Shown: positions 37,683-46,630 of the stretch, piece by piece
How the letters are laid out: the number at the start of each line of letters is the position of its first letter
How positions within the stretch are numbered: the first letter of the stretch is position 1
From: Patescibacteria group bacterium
GTDB lineage: Bacteria; Patescibacteriota; WWE3; UBA101185; UBA10185
Direction: 5' to 3'
Assembly: GCA_049322215.1 (NCBI GenBank)
Contig: JBMORU010000001.1
Coordinates: 129,697 to 193,696 of the forward strand
Length of the DNA stretch: 64,000 nucleotides
Made by a program: the position numbers and the translations under genes
Notes under the pieces: generated by a model
Seen by the model: the letters and a program-made list of their open reading frames with translations, nothing else
Told to the model about the DNA's origin: nothing
Database searches by the model: none

Positions 37683-38402
37683 TTAATTAGGTTTGTATTT
37701 AACTATCAGTAAATCGCTTTTCATTTCTATAGATTCAACGTTTTGAGCTTCATCAGTAGCGGTAGTAAAACTATTTAGCATATCTTCAAGTAAGCCCTTT
37801 GAAATACCTTCTAACACACTATTAAAAATCCCACCACCTGAAAGACTTATATCAGCAATTTCTAAGCGTTTTGCATCTGAAGATGGCATTATAGTAGCTT
37901 CTAAAGACAAACCTTCTTCCCAAGACGCAACTATTAGGCTTGTACCATCTTTTATATCTATAGTCATAGTGCTTAAGGCTCCCGCTTCTGCAGAAACTTC
38001 ACCCAAATTTTGCTGAATCATTTTGTTTAAATCAGACTCGGTTATTTCTACCACAACAAAATTAGACTCTAAACGTACTTTTGGTTTGATTTCTTGCTGA
38101 GTAGTAGTAGCAGATTTTTGATTTTTTGATGTCGTTGTATCAGCCTCATTACTATTATTTTCTTCACTTTGGGATTTTTCCGTAACATCTTCACTTAACT
38201 CTAAAGAAACCATATCTCCATCGGCAGACGAATAAGTAAGGTCTTCTTCACTTGTTTTATTAACCTTTTCCGACTGAACTGACTCCTTTTGTACCTTATT
38301 TTCCTGAAGTTTATCTTTATAGTAAAAATTTCCTATAAAGGCTAAAACTATAATTCCTAATAAAATACCAATTTTTAAAAAGCCTTTTTGAGGGTGCAAC
38401 AT
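37683..38402 (-). CDS. Membrane-anchored protein with pilin-like N-terminus
   Basis: QKGFLKIGILLGIIVLA; leaderless TATAAT+7 supports start 38402. Confidence 0.7.
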   Translation of the reverse strand: MLHPQKGFLKIGILLGIIVLAFIGNFYYKDKLQENKVQKESVQSEKVNKTSEEDLTYSSADGDMVSLELSEDVTEKSQSEENNSNEADTTTSKNQKSATTTQQEIKPKVRLESNFVVVEITESDLNKMIQQNLGEVSAEAGALSTMTIDIKDGTSLIVASWEEGLSLEATIMPSSDAKRLEIADISLSGGGIFNSVLEGISKGLLEDMLNSFTTATDEAQNVESIEMKSDLLIVKYKPN

Positions 38403-38471
38403 TAAATAAATTATACAGCATACAAATTTATTGATATTGCAAGATTTTCGTAAGTTACCTAAACTAAAGGC

Positions 38472-38879
38472 ATGCGCCAAGGAAATTTATTAATTATTAC
38501 CGCTCTTTTAATTATTGGAGTTGTAGTTGCAATTACTGGTGGAATTTACTATGTAAAAAATATAAAACCTGCACCCATACCTACAACACAGCAAGTTAAA
38601 TTAACAACAGAACAGCCTAAAGCAAAAATAAAAAAAGATAACCCAAATTCATTAATTGGAAGAAATACAAGAGAAATTACAGAAGCAATAGGCGCACCTA
38701 ACGAATCTACTGCAAGCGTAAAACTTAATAAAGCTATATGGGTATACTTAACTAACGAAATTTCAAAAGATGCTATTTTTGTATACCTGCACGATACAGA
38801 TGTAATTAATATTAAAGAGGCTAGATTTGAAGGAAACTTTGATAAAGAAACATGGCTTTTAACTCCTTACTTTGAATAA
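38472..38879 (+). CDS. Membrane-anchored protein, pilin-like N-terminus, SmpA/BLIP-like domain
   Basis: MRQGNLLII..., LIGRNTREITEAIGAP, WVY. Confidence 0.6.
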   Translation: MRQGNLLIITALLIIGVVVAITGGIYYVKNIKPAPIPTTQQVKLTTEQPKAKIKKDNPNSLIGRNTREITEAIGAPNESTASVKLNKAIWVYLTNEISKDAIFVYLHDTDVINIKEARFEGNFDKETWLLTPYFE

Positions 38880-38899
38880 TTACCCTATAGATTTATAAT
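38871..38899 (+). promoter_or_regulatory. Cassette promoter, box inside spacer: TTTGAA-[CCCTATAG]-TATAAT
   Basis: Box 38883-38890, -10 38894-38899. Confidence 0.8.
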
Positions 38900-38943
38900 A
38901 TGACAATACAAACTGATCTCGTGAAAAAAAAGGAGAGTTTTAA

Positions 38944-39267
38944 ATGAAAATTTTACTAGTAGATGATGACCCCTATATTTTGCGTATAGTACCACCAATA
39001 CTTGAAAGGGCAGGACACAAGGTAACTACATTCCATGACTTGGAAGAAGCCAAAAAGGCAGTTGGCGGATTTGACTTGGTAGTTACCGACGGCTCTGTAA
39101 ATAAACACAGAGATGGAATTGCCTGGGCAGCACAGTTAAAAACCCACAATACAAAAGTTGTTATTTTGTCTGGAGAACCCCCTGTTGTAGGCCCTAAAGG
39201 TGTTCCTTTCGTGCAAAAAGGTTCGGGTTACAAATCTAACCTTTTAGATGCCGTTAAGTCTATTTAG
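38944..39267 (+). CDS. Single-domain response regulator receiver (cassette gene)
   Basis: KILLVDDD, FDLVVTD, VILSG, FVQK; AAGGAG SD. Confidence 0.85.
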   Translation: MKILLVDDDPYILRIVPPILERAGHKVTTFHDLEEAKKAVGGFDLVVTDGSVNKHRDGIAWAAQLKTHNTKVVILSGEPPVVGPKGVPFVQKGSGYKSNLLDAVKSI

Positions 39268-39272
39268 TCACT

Positions 39273-39318
39273 AAACTCCTGAGGCAAAACATACTTTGCA
39301 GCAGGAGTTTATTCTTTT
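39273..39318 (+). terminator. Intrinsic terminator
   Basis: AAACTCCTG..GCAAA/TTTGC..CAGGAGTTT. Confidence 0.75.
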
Positions 39319-39369
39319 AGTACAACTTTTTTTATTAGCGAAATTTTCTAACCATTGTATAATCCCAAT

Positions 39370-40392
39370 ATGAAGTTGCTACAAAAAATAGCTTTTTTGA
39401 GAAAAACAAAGGAAAAACAACAAAAACGTGATGCATTACGTTTATTTTTTACAGGTTTTGCAATGGGGTCTGCCGACATAGTTCCCGGGGTATCAGGAGG
39501 CACCATTGCTTTTATATTTGGAATTTACGAAGAACTGATTTACAGCATAAAAACTGCCAGTGGAGATGCAGTAAAGCTACTAGCAAAAGGAAATATCAAG
39601 AAGGCACTAGAGACTATACCCTTTAATTTTTTATTACCACTAGTTTTAGGAATATTTACAGCAATATTTAGCGTAGCAGGAATAATGTCATCATTACTTG
39701 AAACACACCCTGTACCTGTGTGGTCGTTCTTTTTTGGCCTTGTATTATCTTCTATATTCATAGTAAGTAAACGCGTAATAAAATGGGATTATAAAGATGC
39801 TGCAGCTCTGATAATTGCAACAGCAGGTGCTTACACTCTTGTTGGAGCAGTACCGCATGAAACACCCCAAACCACTCTTGCATTATTTTTAGCAGGCGCT
39901 ATTGCAATATGCGCAATGATATTACCAGGAATATCAGGATCATTTTTGTTAATTATAATGGGCAAATATTCCCAAATTCTCAGCGCTGTAAATGATAGAA
40001 ACTTTATGGTTTTAGTAACCGTAGGAATTGGTGCAGTTATTGGTTTAGCTACTTTTTCAAGAGTACTAAATTGGTTATTTAAAAACTACCACGATTTAAT
40101 GGTAGCTACATTAACAGGCTTTATGATTGGGTCATTAAGAAAAATTTGGCCATGGAAAGAAACTTTAGAAACTAGAATAAACAGTCATGGGATAGAAGTT
40201 CCTTTATTACAACAAAACATTTTACCAAGCGCTTTTACCACCGAAGTTTTAATGTCATTAGTTCTTTTTGTAGCTGCAGTTTCTTTAATGATATACGTAC
40301 AAAAACTAGAGCTCACCGAAGAGCATTTGCATGATGTAGAGGATAAAAAGTTTAGACACAAACATAGACACGCCTTACAAGAAGAATTATAA
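39370..40392 (+). CDS. DUF368 family protein (undecaprenyl-phosphate translocase-like)
   Basis: MGSADIVPGVSGGTIA, AMILPGISGS, GSLRKIWPW. Confidence 0.9.
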   Translation: MKLLQKIAFLRKTKEKQQKRDALRLFFTGFAMGSADIVPGVSGGTIAFIFGIYEELIYSIKTASGDAVKLLAKGNIKKALETIPFNFLLPLVLGIFTAIFSVAGIMSSLLETHPVPVWSFFFGLVLSSIFIVSKRVIKWDYKDAAALIIATAGAYTLVGAVPHETPQTTLALFLAGAIAICAMILPGISGSFLLIIMGKYSQILSAVNDRNFMVLVTVGIGAVIGLATFSRVLNWLFKNYHDLMVATLTGFMIGSLRKIWPWKETLETRINSHGIEVPLLQQNILPSAFTTEVLMSLVLFVAAVSLMIYVQKLELTEEHLHDVEDKKFRHKHRHALQEEL

Positions 40393-40395
40393 ACA

Positions 40396-40424
40396 TTTAC
40401 ACTAACCTATAGTAGTAGTATAAT
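40396..40424 (+). promoter_or_regulatory. Cassette promoter, box inside spacer: TTTACA-[CCTATAG]-TATAAT
   Basis: -35 40396-40401, box 40406-40412, -10 40419-40424. Confidence 0.85.
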
Positions 40425-40456
40425 TAAAGTATTATCACAAACTATTGGAGGTTAAC

Positions 40457-40777
40457 ATGAAGGTCTGGAATACACTCAAAAAGATTGGAAAAGGACTTGG
40501 TTATCTGGCAAACGGCATATTGGTACTGGTATTGGCCGGTGTTGCTACCTATTACACAATGGAGTCCATTGTGGCAGTAGACTTACTCAGCACCCTAGTT
40601 GCGCTACCGGCAATACCCCTGGCTTTCTTTGTTGGCTCAGCAAAAGCGGCGTCAATTTACTTTCCGATAATGCTCGCCACCATCTACATGTTTTATGGAT
40701 TAGTGGCAACCTGCATCGGATTCCCTCAATACACCGTTAAACCACTATACAACAAGTTTAAGCAGTACACCGACTAA
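40457..40777 (+). CDS. 3-TM orphan cassette protein
   Basis: GGAGG SD before ATG 40457. Confidence 0.75.
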   Translation: MKVWNTLKKIGKGLGYLANGILVLVLAGVATYYTMESIVAVDLLSTLVALPAIPLAFFVGSAKAASIYFPIMLATIYMFYGLVATCIGFPQYTVKPLYNKFKQYTD

Positions 40778-40782
40778 CTAAC

Positions 40783-40839
40783 TTCCGAAATGAGAGCAAA
40801 GTTTTAAAAAAACCCTCTCATTTCGGAATACTCTTTTTT
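40783..40839 (+). terminator. Intrinsic terminator
   Basis: TTCCGAAATGAGAG...CTCTCATTTCGGAA + T-rich tail. Confidence 0.85.
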
Positions 40840-40868
40840 ATATTTAAAAACCCCTTATAATTTCACTA

Positions 40869-41609
40869 GTGAATACAACGTTACTATATATAGTTTCATC
40901 TTCAGTAGTTGTTAGCTTACTGGCCTTACTAGGCATAGTTATTGTGGATATACAAAGCACATGGTTTTCCAAATCACTTATGTACTTGGTTGCACTATCT
41001 GCCGGAACCATGATTGGTGGCGTTTTTTTACATTTACTTCCTGAAGCAGCAGAAAACTTTGAAGACACAACATATTTTACCTTAGCCTTAATTTCTTTCG
41101 TTTTGTTTTTCTTAATTGAAAAAGGCTTGCACTGGCATCACTGCCACGATGAAGAATGCGAAAAACACACGTATGGTCAAATGACTCTATTTGGAGATAG
41201 CGTACATAATTTTATTGATGGCTTACTAATTGCTGGAGCATATATAACAGACATAAATTTAGGCATAGCCACTACGGCAGCTATAGCCTTACACGAGCTT
41301 CCACAAGAAATTGGAGATTTTGGTGTGTTAGTACACTCAGGGTTTACAAAAAAGAAAGCGCTATTGGTAAACTTTTTAGTAGCATTAGCTGCGTTAGCAG
41401 GAGCACTTGTAGGATTTTATGTGTCTGAGAGTATTGAAGGAATAACTAAATATGCAATTCCTTTAGCAGCTGGGGGCTTTTTATACATAGCTACCTCAGA
41501 TCTTATACCTGAAATACGAGAAGAAACAAACACAAAAAAATCAATTGGCGCCCTAATTGCCTTCTTTACGGGGATACTGCTAATGTATGCCATGTTGTTC
41601 CTTGAATGA
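40869..41609 (+). CDS. ZIP family metal transporter
   Basis: LHLLPE, HWHHCH, DSVHNFIDG, HELPQEIGDF. Confidence 0.9.
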   Translation: MNTTLLYIVSSSVVVSLLALLGIVIVDIQSTWFSKSLMYLVALSAGTMIGGVFLHLLPEAAENFEDTTYFTLALISFVLFFLIEKGLHWHHCHDEECEKHTYGQMTLFGDSVHNFIDGLLIAGAYITDINLGIATTAAIALHELPQEIGDFGVLVHSGFTKKKALLVNFLVALAALAGALVGFYVSESIEGITKYAIPLAAGGFLYIATSDLIPEIREETNTKKSIGALIAFFTGILLMYAMLFLE

Positions 41610-41639
41610 ACCAAATTATTCTCTATAATTAGTAGACAC

Positions 41640-43589
41640 ATGACTTTTTTTTACAGAACTTTTAAAGTTCTTCTGCCCATTGTAATACTCACCGTATTTT
41701 TTAACGCTGCACCCTACGTAAACGCAGCCACAAATACTTGGCAAAAAGGCTTAACCTTAAGACTAACAAATGAATCACAAAAAGATGTAGAAGCTTCTAT
41801 AGTACAAATGGCAGAAACAGGCGCTAACTATTTAACTATTACTCCTGGGTACGAAGTTGATAATAAATATGCCTCAAATGTAGATCCAAAGTCGCGTACT
41901 CCAAGTGATGAAATTTTAATTTTTGCTATAAATAAAGCACATGAATTAGACATGCAGGTAATGATAAAACCTCACATAGATAGAAAGGATGGCGGTTGGC
42001 GAGCATTTATTAATCCTACAAATAAAGCCGAATTCTTTAAAAACTATAAAAACATGATATTGCACTACGCAGTATTAGGTGAGCAATATGGTGTAGAACA
42101 ACTTTCTATTGGAGCAGAAACCTACGAGCTTAGTACAAACCCAAACAATGAACAATATTGGCGAGATATTATTTCTGAAGTAAGAAAAGTATATAGTGGA
42201 AAACTAACTTATAGCGCTAATTCTTATAGTGAATATTTTGACGAAGGCAACTTGCCCTTTGGAGACCTACTAGATGTATGGGGAATGTCAATGTACGTAG
42301 AGCTAGCAGCAAACAATAATCCACAAATAAGTGAATTATTAGAGCAGTGGAAAAAGGTAGAAACTGACTACATTTACCCAATATATGAAAAATGGAAAAA
42401 ACCAATAATATTTGCCGAAACTGGATACCGAAGTATAGATGGTGCTGGAATGGAACCTGATGATTTTAGTTCAACCGCAAAAGTAGATTTAGAAGAGCAA
42501 AATACTTTATACAAAGCAATGTTTGAGTTTTGGAAAGACAAAGACTATTTTGCAGGTTTACACATTTGGGACTGGAAACCCGACGTAAATGCAGGCGGTG
42601 ATGAAGATACTGATTACACACCACAAAATAAACCTGCACAAGAAACAATAAAACAATACTTTACACAAGTAAGTGATAATTCTAGTGAAGAGACTCAAAA
42701 TGAAAGCACTTCTGAAACTACAACAGCTGAAACAAATGCGGCAGAATTAATATTAAATCTAAAACCAACAGAGTACTTAATAAAAGAGTTAAAAACAGAA
42801 CTACAGTACTATTTCGATAGAAATTACGAAATAACGCAATACCCAGAATTGTTAAATGGAACGAAAGCAGTAGTAACAAGAAATGGAGATAAATACAATA
42901 ATTCTGAGACCTTTGTCAGCTTCAAAACAAATATCCAACTTTCGATTTTTTTGGCATATGATGCAAGAGCCACACAACTACCAAATTGGCTATCCAACTG
43001 GGAAAAAACCCCAATGACAATACAAACCACAGATAACAACTTCATGCTACTAGTAAAGAATTTCGAGGCTAACGAAACAGTAAACTTGGGAGGAAACAGT
43101 GCTACCGGAATGGTGGGTTCCCAAAGCAATTACTTTTTAATTTTAAAAGAGGGTAAATACGAAAACACAAGTACAACAACGGAAACTCAAACCCAATCCC
43201 CTGAAACCACTACCGAAACACCACCTAACGAAATAGTGGAAGAAGAAATAGTTGAAGAAATACCAACAGAAGAACCAGCTACAGAATCAAACATAAATGG
43301 CACACTTAAAATTGATTATCCTGAAACTGGCGATACATTATCGGGTGAAAGAAAACTCAAAGCCTACATTGAAGGACTAGCAACAAACAAATACTATGCC
43401 ACCTACTCAAAAGACGGATCAACAGAAATAATTATGGATTACGGATCTGATGATAAATATCAGCAAGAGAAAATTGATTTTGGTGAATGGAACGATAAAA
43501 ACGGGACACCGTACACAATAGAAGTAAAAGCATACGACCTTGAGAACAATTTAATAGACAAAACGTCTATACAGATATACATTAAATAG
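41640..43589 (+). CDS. Secreted GH113-like TIM-barrel glycoside hydrolase with C-terminal accessory domains
   Basis: Signal peptide, VMIKPHID, IGAE, LTYSAN, FAETGYRS, WDW, YTPQNKPA. Confidence 0.75.
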   Translation: MTFFYRTFKVLLPIVILTVFFNAAPYVNAATNTWQKGLTLRLTNESQKDVEASIVQMAETGANYLTITPGYEVDNKYASNVDPKSRTPSDEILIFAINKAHELDMQVMIKPHIDRKDGGWRAFINPTNKAEFFKNYKNMILHYAVLGEQYGVEQLSIGAETYELSTNPNNEQYWRDIISEVRKVYSGKLTYSANSYSEYFDEGNLPFGDLLDVWGMSMYVELAANNNPQISELLEQWKKVETDYIYPIYEKWKKPIIFAETGYRSIDGAGMEPDDFSSTAKVDLEEQNTLYKAMFEFWKDKDYFAGLHIWDWKPDVNAGGDEDTDYTPQNKPAQETIKQYFTQVSDNSSEETQNESTSETTTAETNAAELILNLKPTEYLIKELKTELQYYFDRNYEITQYPELLNGTKAVVTRNGDKYNNSETFVSFKTNIQLSIFLAYDARATQLPNWLSNWEKTPMTIQTTDNNFMLLVKNFEANETVNLGGNSATGMVGSQSNYFLILKEGKYENTSTTTETQTQSPETTTETPPNEIVEEEIVEEIPTEEPATESNINGTLKIDYPETGDTLSGERKLKAYIEGLATNKYYATYSKDGSTEIIMDYGSDDKYQQEKIDFGEWNDKNGTPYTIEVKAYDLENNLIDKTSIQIYIK

Positions 43590-43591
43590 TA

Positions 43592-43927
43592 ATGAAGCTT
43601 ATTTTAAAACTTTTAATTTCAACCTTAAGTGTACTAGTAGCTGCCGAAATACTACCCGGCGTAAGTGTAGAGCCTTTAGCTATTTCTATAATAGTAGCCA
43701 TTTTATTGGGAGTTTTAAATTCAACACTAAGGCCAATACTTGTTCTTTTAACTTTTCCTATTACTTTGCTTACCTTAGGATTGTTTAAATTTGTTGTTAA
43801 TGCACTAATGGTTTTATTAGTGGATTACTTAGTTGCAGGGTTTGCTGTAAATTCCATACTTACTGCTATATTGTTTAGCTTGATTGTTTCAATTGTAAGC
43901 TCTGTATTAGAAACATTAACGGACTAA
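43592..43927 (+). CDS. 4-TM phage holin-like family (YvlD/DUF360) membrane protein
   Basis: LRPILVLLTFPITLLTLGLF..VVNA. Confidence 0.85.
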   Translation: MKLILKLLISTLSVLVAAEILPGVSVEPLAISIIVAILLGVLNSTLRPILVLLTFPITLLTLGLFKFVVNALMVLLVDYLVAGFAVNSILTAILFSLIVSIVSSVLETLTD

Positions 43928-43931
43928 ACAC

Positions 43932-44462
43932 ATGACTCCAAAAGATTTAACAGATAGTCTATTTTGGGTATTTATATTTATAGTTATTATAGGGTTAATA
44001 ATTTTTAGCCTGTTTTTTAAAACCACAACATCTGAAACTGCACAACAACAAGAATCTTCATTAAGTTTTGACAAAACTAAAATCAAAGTTAAAAACATAG
44101 AACTAGAAGTAGAAATAGCAGACACACCTGCAAAACGAGCACGGGGTTTAATGTTTAGAACTGATCTTGCCGATAATGAAGGTATGATATTTATATTTCC
44201 TATGGCATATAAACAGTCATTTTGGATGGCAAACACCAAAATACCTTTAGATATAGTTTGGATTAATGAAAACATGGAAATTGTACACATAAACGCAAAC
44301 ACGCCTCCTTGCCAAAAAACTGGAAACTTAAAAGCCTACTGTACTACCTACAAAACTGATACCGCCGCAAAGTATGTACTAGAAGTAAACGGAGGTTGGA
44401 TGGAAAAAAATAATGTACAAGTAGGTGATCGTATAGAAGTATTAAAAAACCTCTCAGAGTAA
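43932..44462 (+). CDS. DUF192 family protein
   Basis: EIADTPAKRARGLMFR, FWMANTKIPLDI, YVLEVNGG. Confidence 0.9.
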   Translation: MTPKDLTDSLFWVFIFIVIIGLIIFSLFFKTTTSETAQQQESSLSFDKTKIKVKNIELEVEIADTPAKRARGLMFRTDLADNEGMIFIFPMAYKQSFWMANTKIPLDIVWINENMEIVHINANTPPCQKTGNLKAYCTTYKTDTAAKYVLEVNGGWMEKNNVQVGDRIEVLKNLSE

Positions 44463-44475
44463 CTACCTAAACAAA

Positions 44476-46617
44476 CTACTCATAGCGTAAAGCATCCAGT
44501 GCCGATATGTTTTTAGATCTTTTTGCTGGATAAACACCCGTAAGCATTCCAACAAAAAAAGATAACACAACTATAATTAAAACAAAGCTTAGAGGTACAT
44601 ATGAAATATCTATATAACCTTCGCCTTTGAATAAAGAAAACATAGTTAATACTAAACCCAACAGTTTACCTGCAGCAGCTCCTACAAATAAGCCTCCAAA
44701 ACCGGCACAAAAACCCATTATGATAGATTCAGTTAAAAATAATTCCTGTACTTCTGAGGTTTTCATACCCATAGCTTTCATTAAACCCACCTCTCTTGTT
44801 CTTTCTAAAAGAGAAACAGTAAGAGTGTTAAACATACCTAATGAGGCTACCGTTAATGCAACCATACCCATAATACCTAAAATCAATCTTAAAGTGCCAA
44901 ACAGGCTGTTTATTTGAGCAACAGTGTCTACCACTGATTGTGTGGTGTAACCTAACGACTCAATTTGTTTACGAACTAAGTCTAAGCTGTCTGCTTTGTT
45001 AACCGCAACTTTAAATTGGGAATAATTTACAATACCTAAAGAACGTAAATCAACAAAGGGCACATAAAATAAGGGGGCACCCTCACCCGGTATTACTGCC
45101 TTTATAACGTATTCTTCAGGCTCTGATTCCACTCTTTTCTCAGAGTCACTTACTAGATCACTCGGTATGACAAAAACAGCACTAAAAGTTTTGCCTATGG
45201 CTTCTTCTTCATTTATACCTAATATTTGTAACATAGCGCGATTTACAACAGCCTCTTTTACTGCAGAATCTGAGAGCTTTACTGTATTGACTTCATTCAC
45301 AGGAACTACACTTTCTCCCGGTAACTCTACCCACTCCGAATTGGGATCAACTTGAAGATCAAATAAAGCATTTGCTGTGGTTTCAATTGCATCAGAAGTA
45401 GCTTCAATTGTTGTAGATGCGTTTGCGGCAACCTGAGTATCAGATTCACCTAAAACATCACCCTGATTAAAATTTATTGGCCTGGTTTTTAAATTTATGT
45501 GTGCCAAAAAACCTTCGCTTTGAACTTTGTTTCCTTCAGCATCGCGAACTAGTAAATAGGTGCCATCTACACAATCTACGTTGTTTGTATCACAAGGTAT
45601 TTCTTCCCATAAGTTAACTTTAGTAAGAACCCAAACACCAAGTGAATTCCCCTCACTATCCGTACCAAAACTTCCAAAAGATTCTTCGTCTTCATAAGAT
45701 TCACCATAGTAAGTTTCACCGTATAACGTCCCTTCGGGGCGTTTGGTATAACCAATTATAGAGTTACTTGTGCCAGGTCCTGAACGCACACGAAACCATT
45801 CTTGATGTTGCAATGCAACGTCAACATCATTTATTTTATCGCCATGTTTGCTTATAACATCTCGTTCATCACTCACACCCTGCACAGCCTCTTGATTTTG
45901 CCCAGCTTCAGGTGGGGCATAAGCAATAGATAAATCATTGCTTTCAAAAAGATCGCCTTTAACAGGCTTAATTGCGGATTGTTCCAAATAACCCCGAGTG
46001 ACGCCATAAACAGCCATGTCAGATACAGAGTTTTGATAGTTAACACGACCAACAACCGCAATTAAAGGATAAACTTCGGAAACATTTGTAAATGCTTTAA
46101 CATCGGAAATAGTTTTATCATCTATTTGTACTTTAGATCCAGGTTGAGTCGCAACATCTGCTTGCTTTAACTCGTCTAAACGCGCAACACGCGATACAAC
46201 TAACTCTTGAAGCCCATACCCTAAAGATACTAAAAACACTATGGCGGCTATACCTATAGAAACTCCCCCTATTGTAATCAACGTTCTAGTAGCTTTAAAC
46301 TTCATATTTCGTAAAGCCAATTCAATTAAATTCACTCTATTAATAGTGTTTTCACCATGTCTATTAAGATTGAGTAGTAAATCATATGCTTTAGAAACAG
46401 GAGGCAATATAAGTTTGGTTAAAAATTTAGGAAAATAACGCCAACTAGATATTTTAATTAGCACTACCATTACTAAATAAGATATTAATAGTATGAGAAA
46501 CGAGCCAAATCTTATGACTGTGTTTTTAAACTTAACTAAAAAGTCTTTAGAAAACAAAAATAATACAAATCTTAAAACTGCTTTTAAATTATTGATTACG
46601 TTTTTTATTATTTTCAT
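44476..46617 (-). CDS. MacB/FtsX-type ABC permease with inserted extracytoplasmic domain
   Basis: RTLITIGGVSIGIAAIV, SLLERTREVGLMKAMG, PAKRSKNISALDALRYE. Confidence 0.9.
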   Translation of the reverse strand: MKIIKNVINNLKAVLRFVLFLFSKDFLVKFKNTVIRFGSFLILLISYLVMVVLIKISSWRYFPKFLTKLILPPVSKAYDLLLNLNRHGENTINRVNLIELALRNMKFKATRTLITIGGVSIGIAAIVFLVSLGYGLQELVVSRVARLDELKQADVATQPGSKVQIDDKTISDVKAFTNVSEVYPLIAVVGRVNYQNSVSDMAVYGVTRGYLEQSAIKPVKGDLFESNDLSIAYAPPEAGQNQEAVQGVSDERDVISKHGDKINDVDVALQHQEWFRVRSGPGTSNSIIGYTKRPEGTLYGETYYGESYEDEESFGSFGTDSEGNSLGVWVLTKVNLWEEIPCDTNNVDCVDGTYLLVRDAEGNKVQSEGFLAHINLKTRPINFNQGDVLGESDTQVAANASTTIEATSDAIETTANALFDLQVDPNSEWVELPGESVVPVNEVNTVKLSDSAVKEAVVNRAMLQILGINEEEAIGKTFSAVFVIPSDLVSDSEKRVESEPEEYVIKAVIPGEGAPLFYVPFVDLRSLGIVNYSQFKVAVNKADSLDLVRKQIESLGYTTQSVVDTVAQINSLFGTLRLILGIMGMVALTVASLGMFNTLTVSLLERTREVGLMKAMGMKTSEVQELFLTESIIMGFCAGFGGLFVGAAAGKLLGLVLTMFSLFKGEGYIDISYVPLSFVLIIVVLSFFVGMLTGVYPAKRSKNISALDALRYE

Positions 46618-46630
46618 TTTTTATAATAAC

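Noticed and set aside
43592-43927. Holin as evidence of phage
   Set aside because: The YvlD/DUF360 family is a common chromosomal membrane protein and there is no endolysin nearby.
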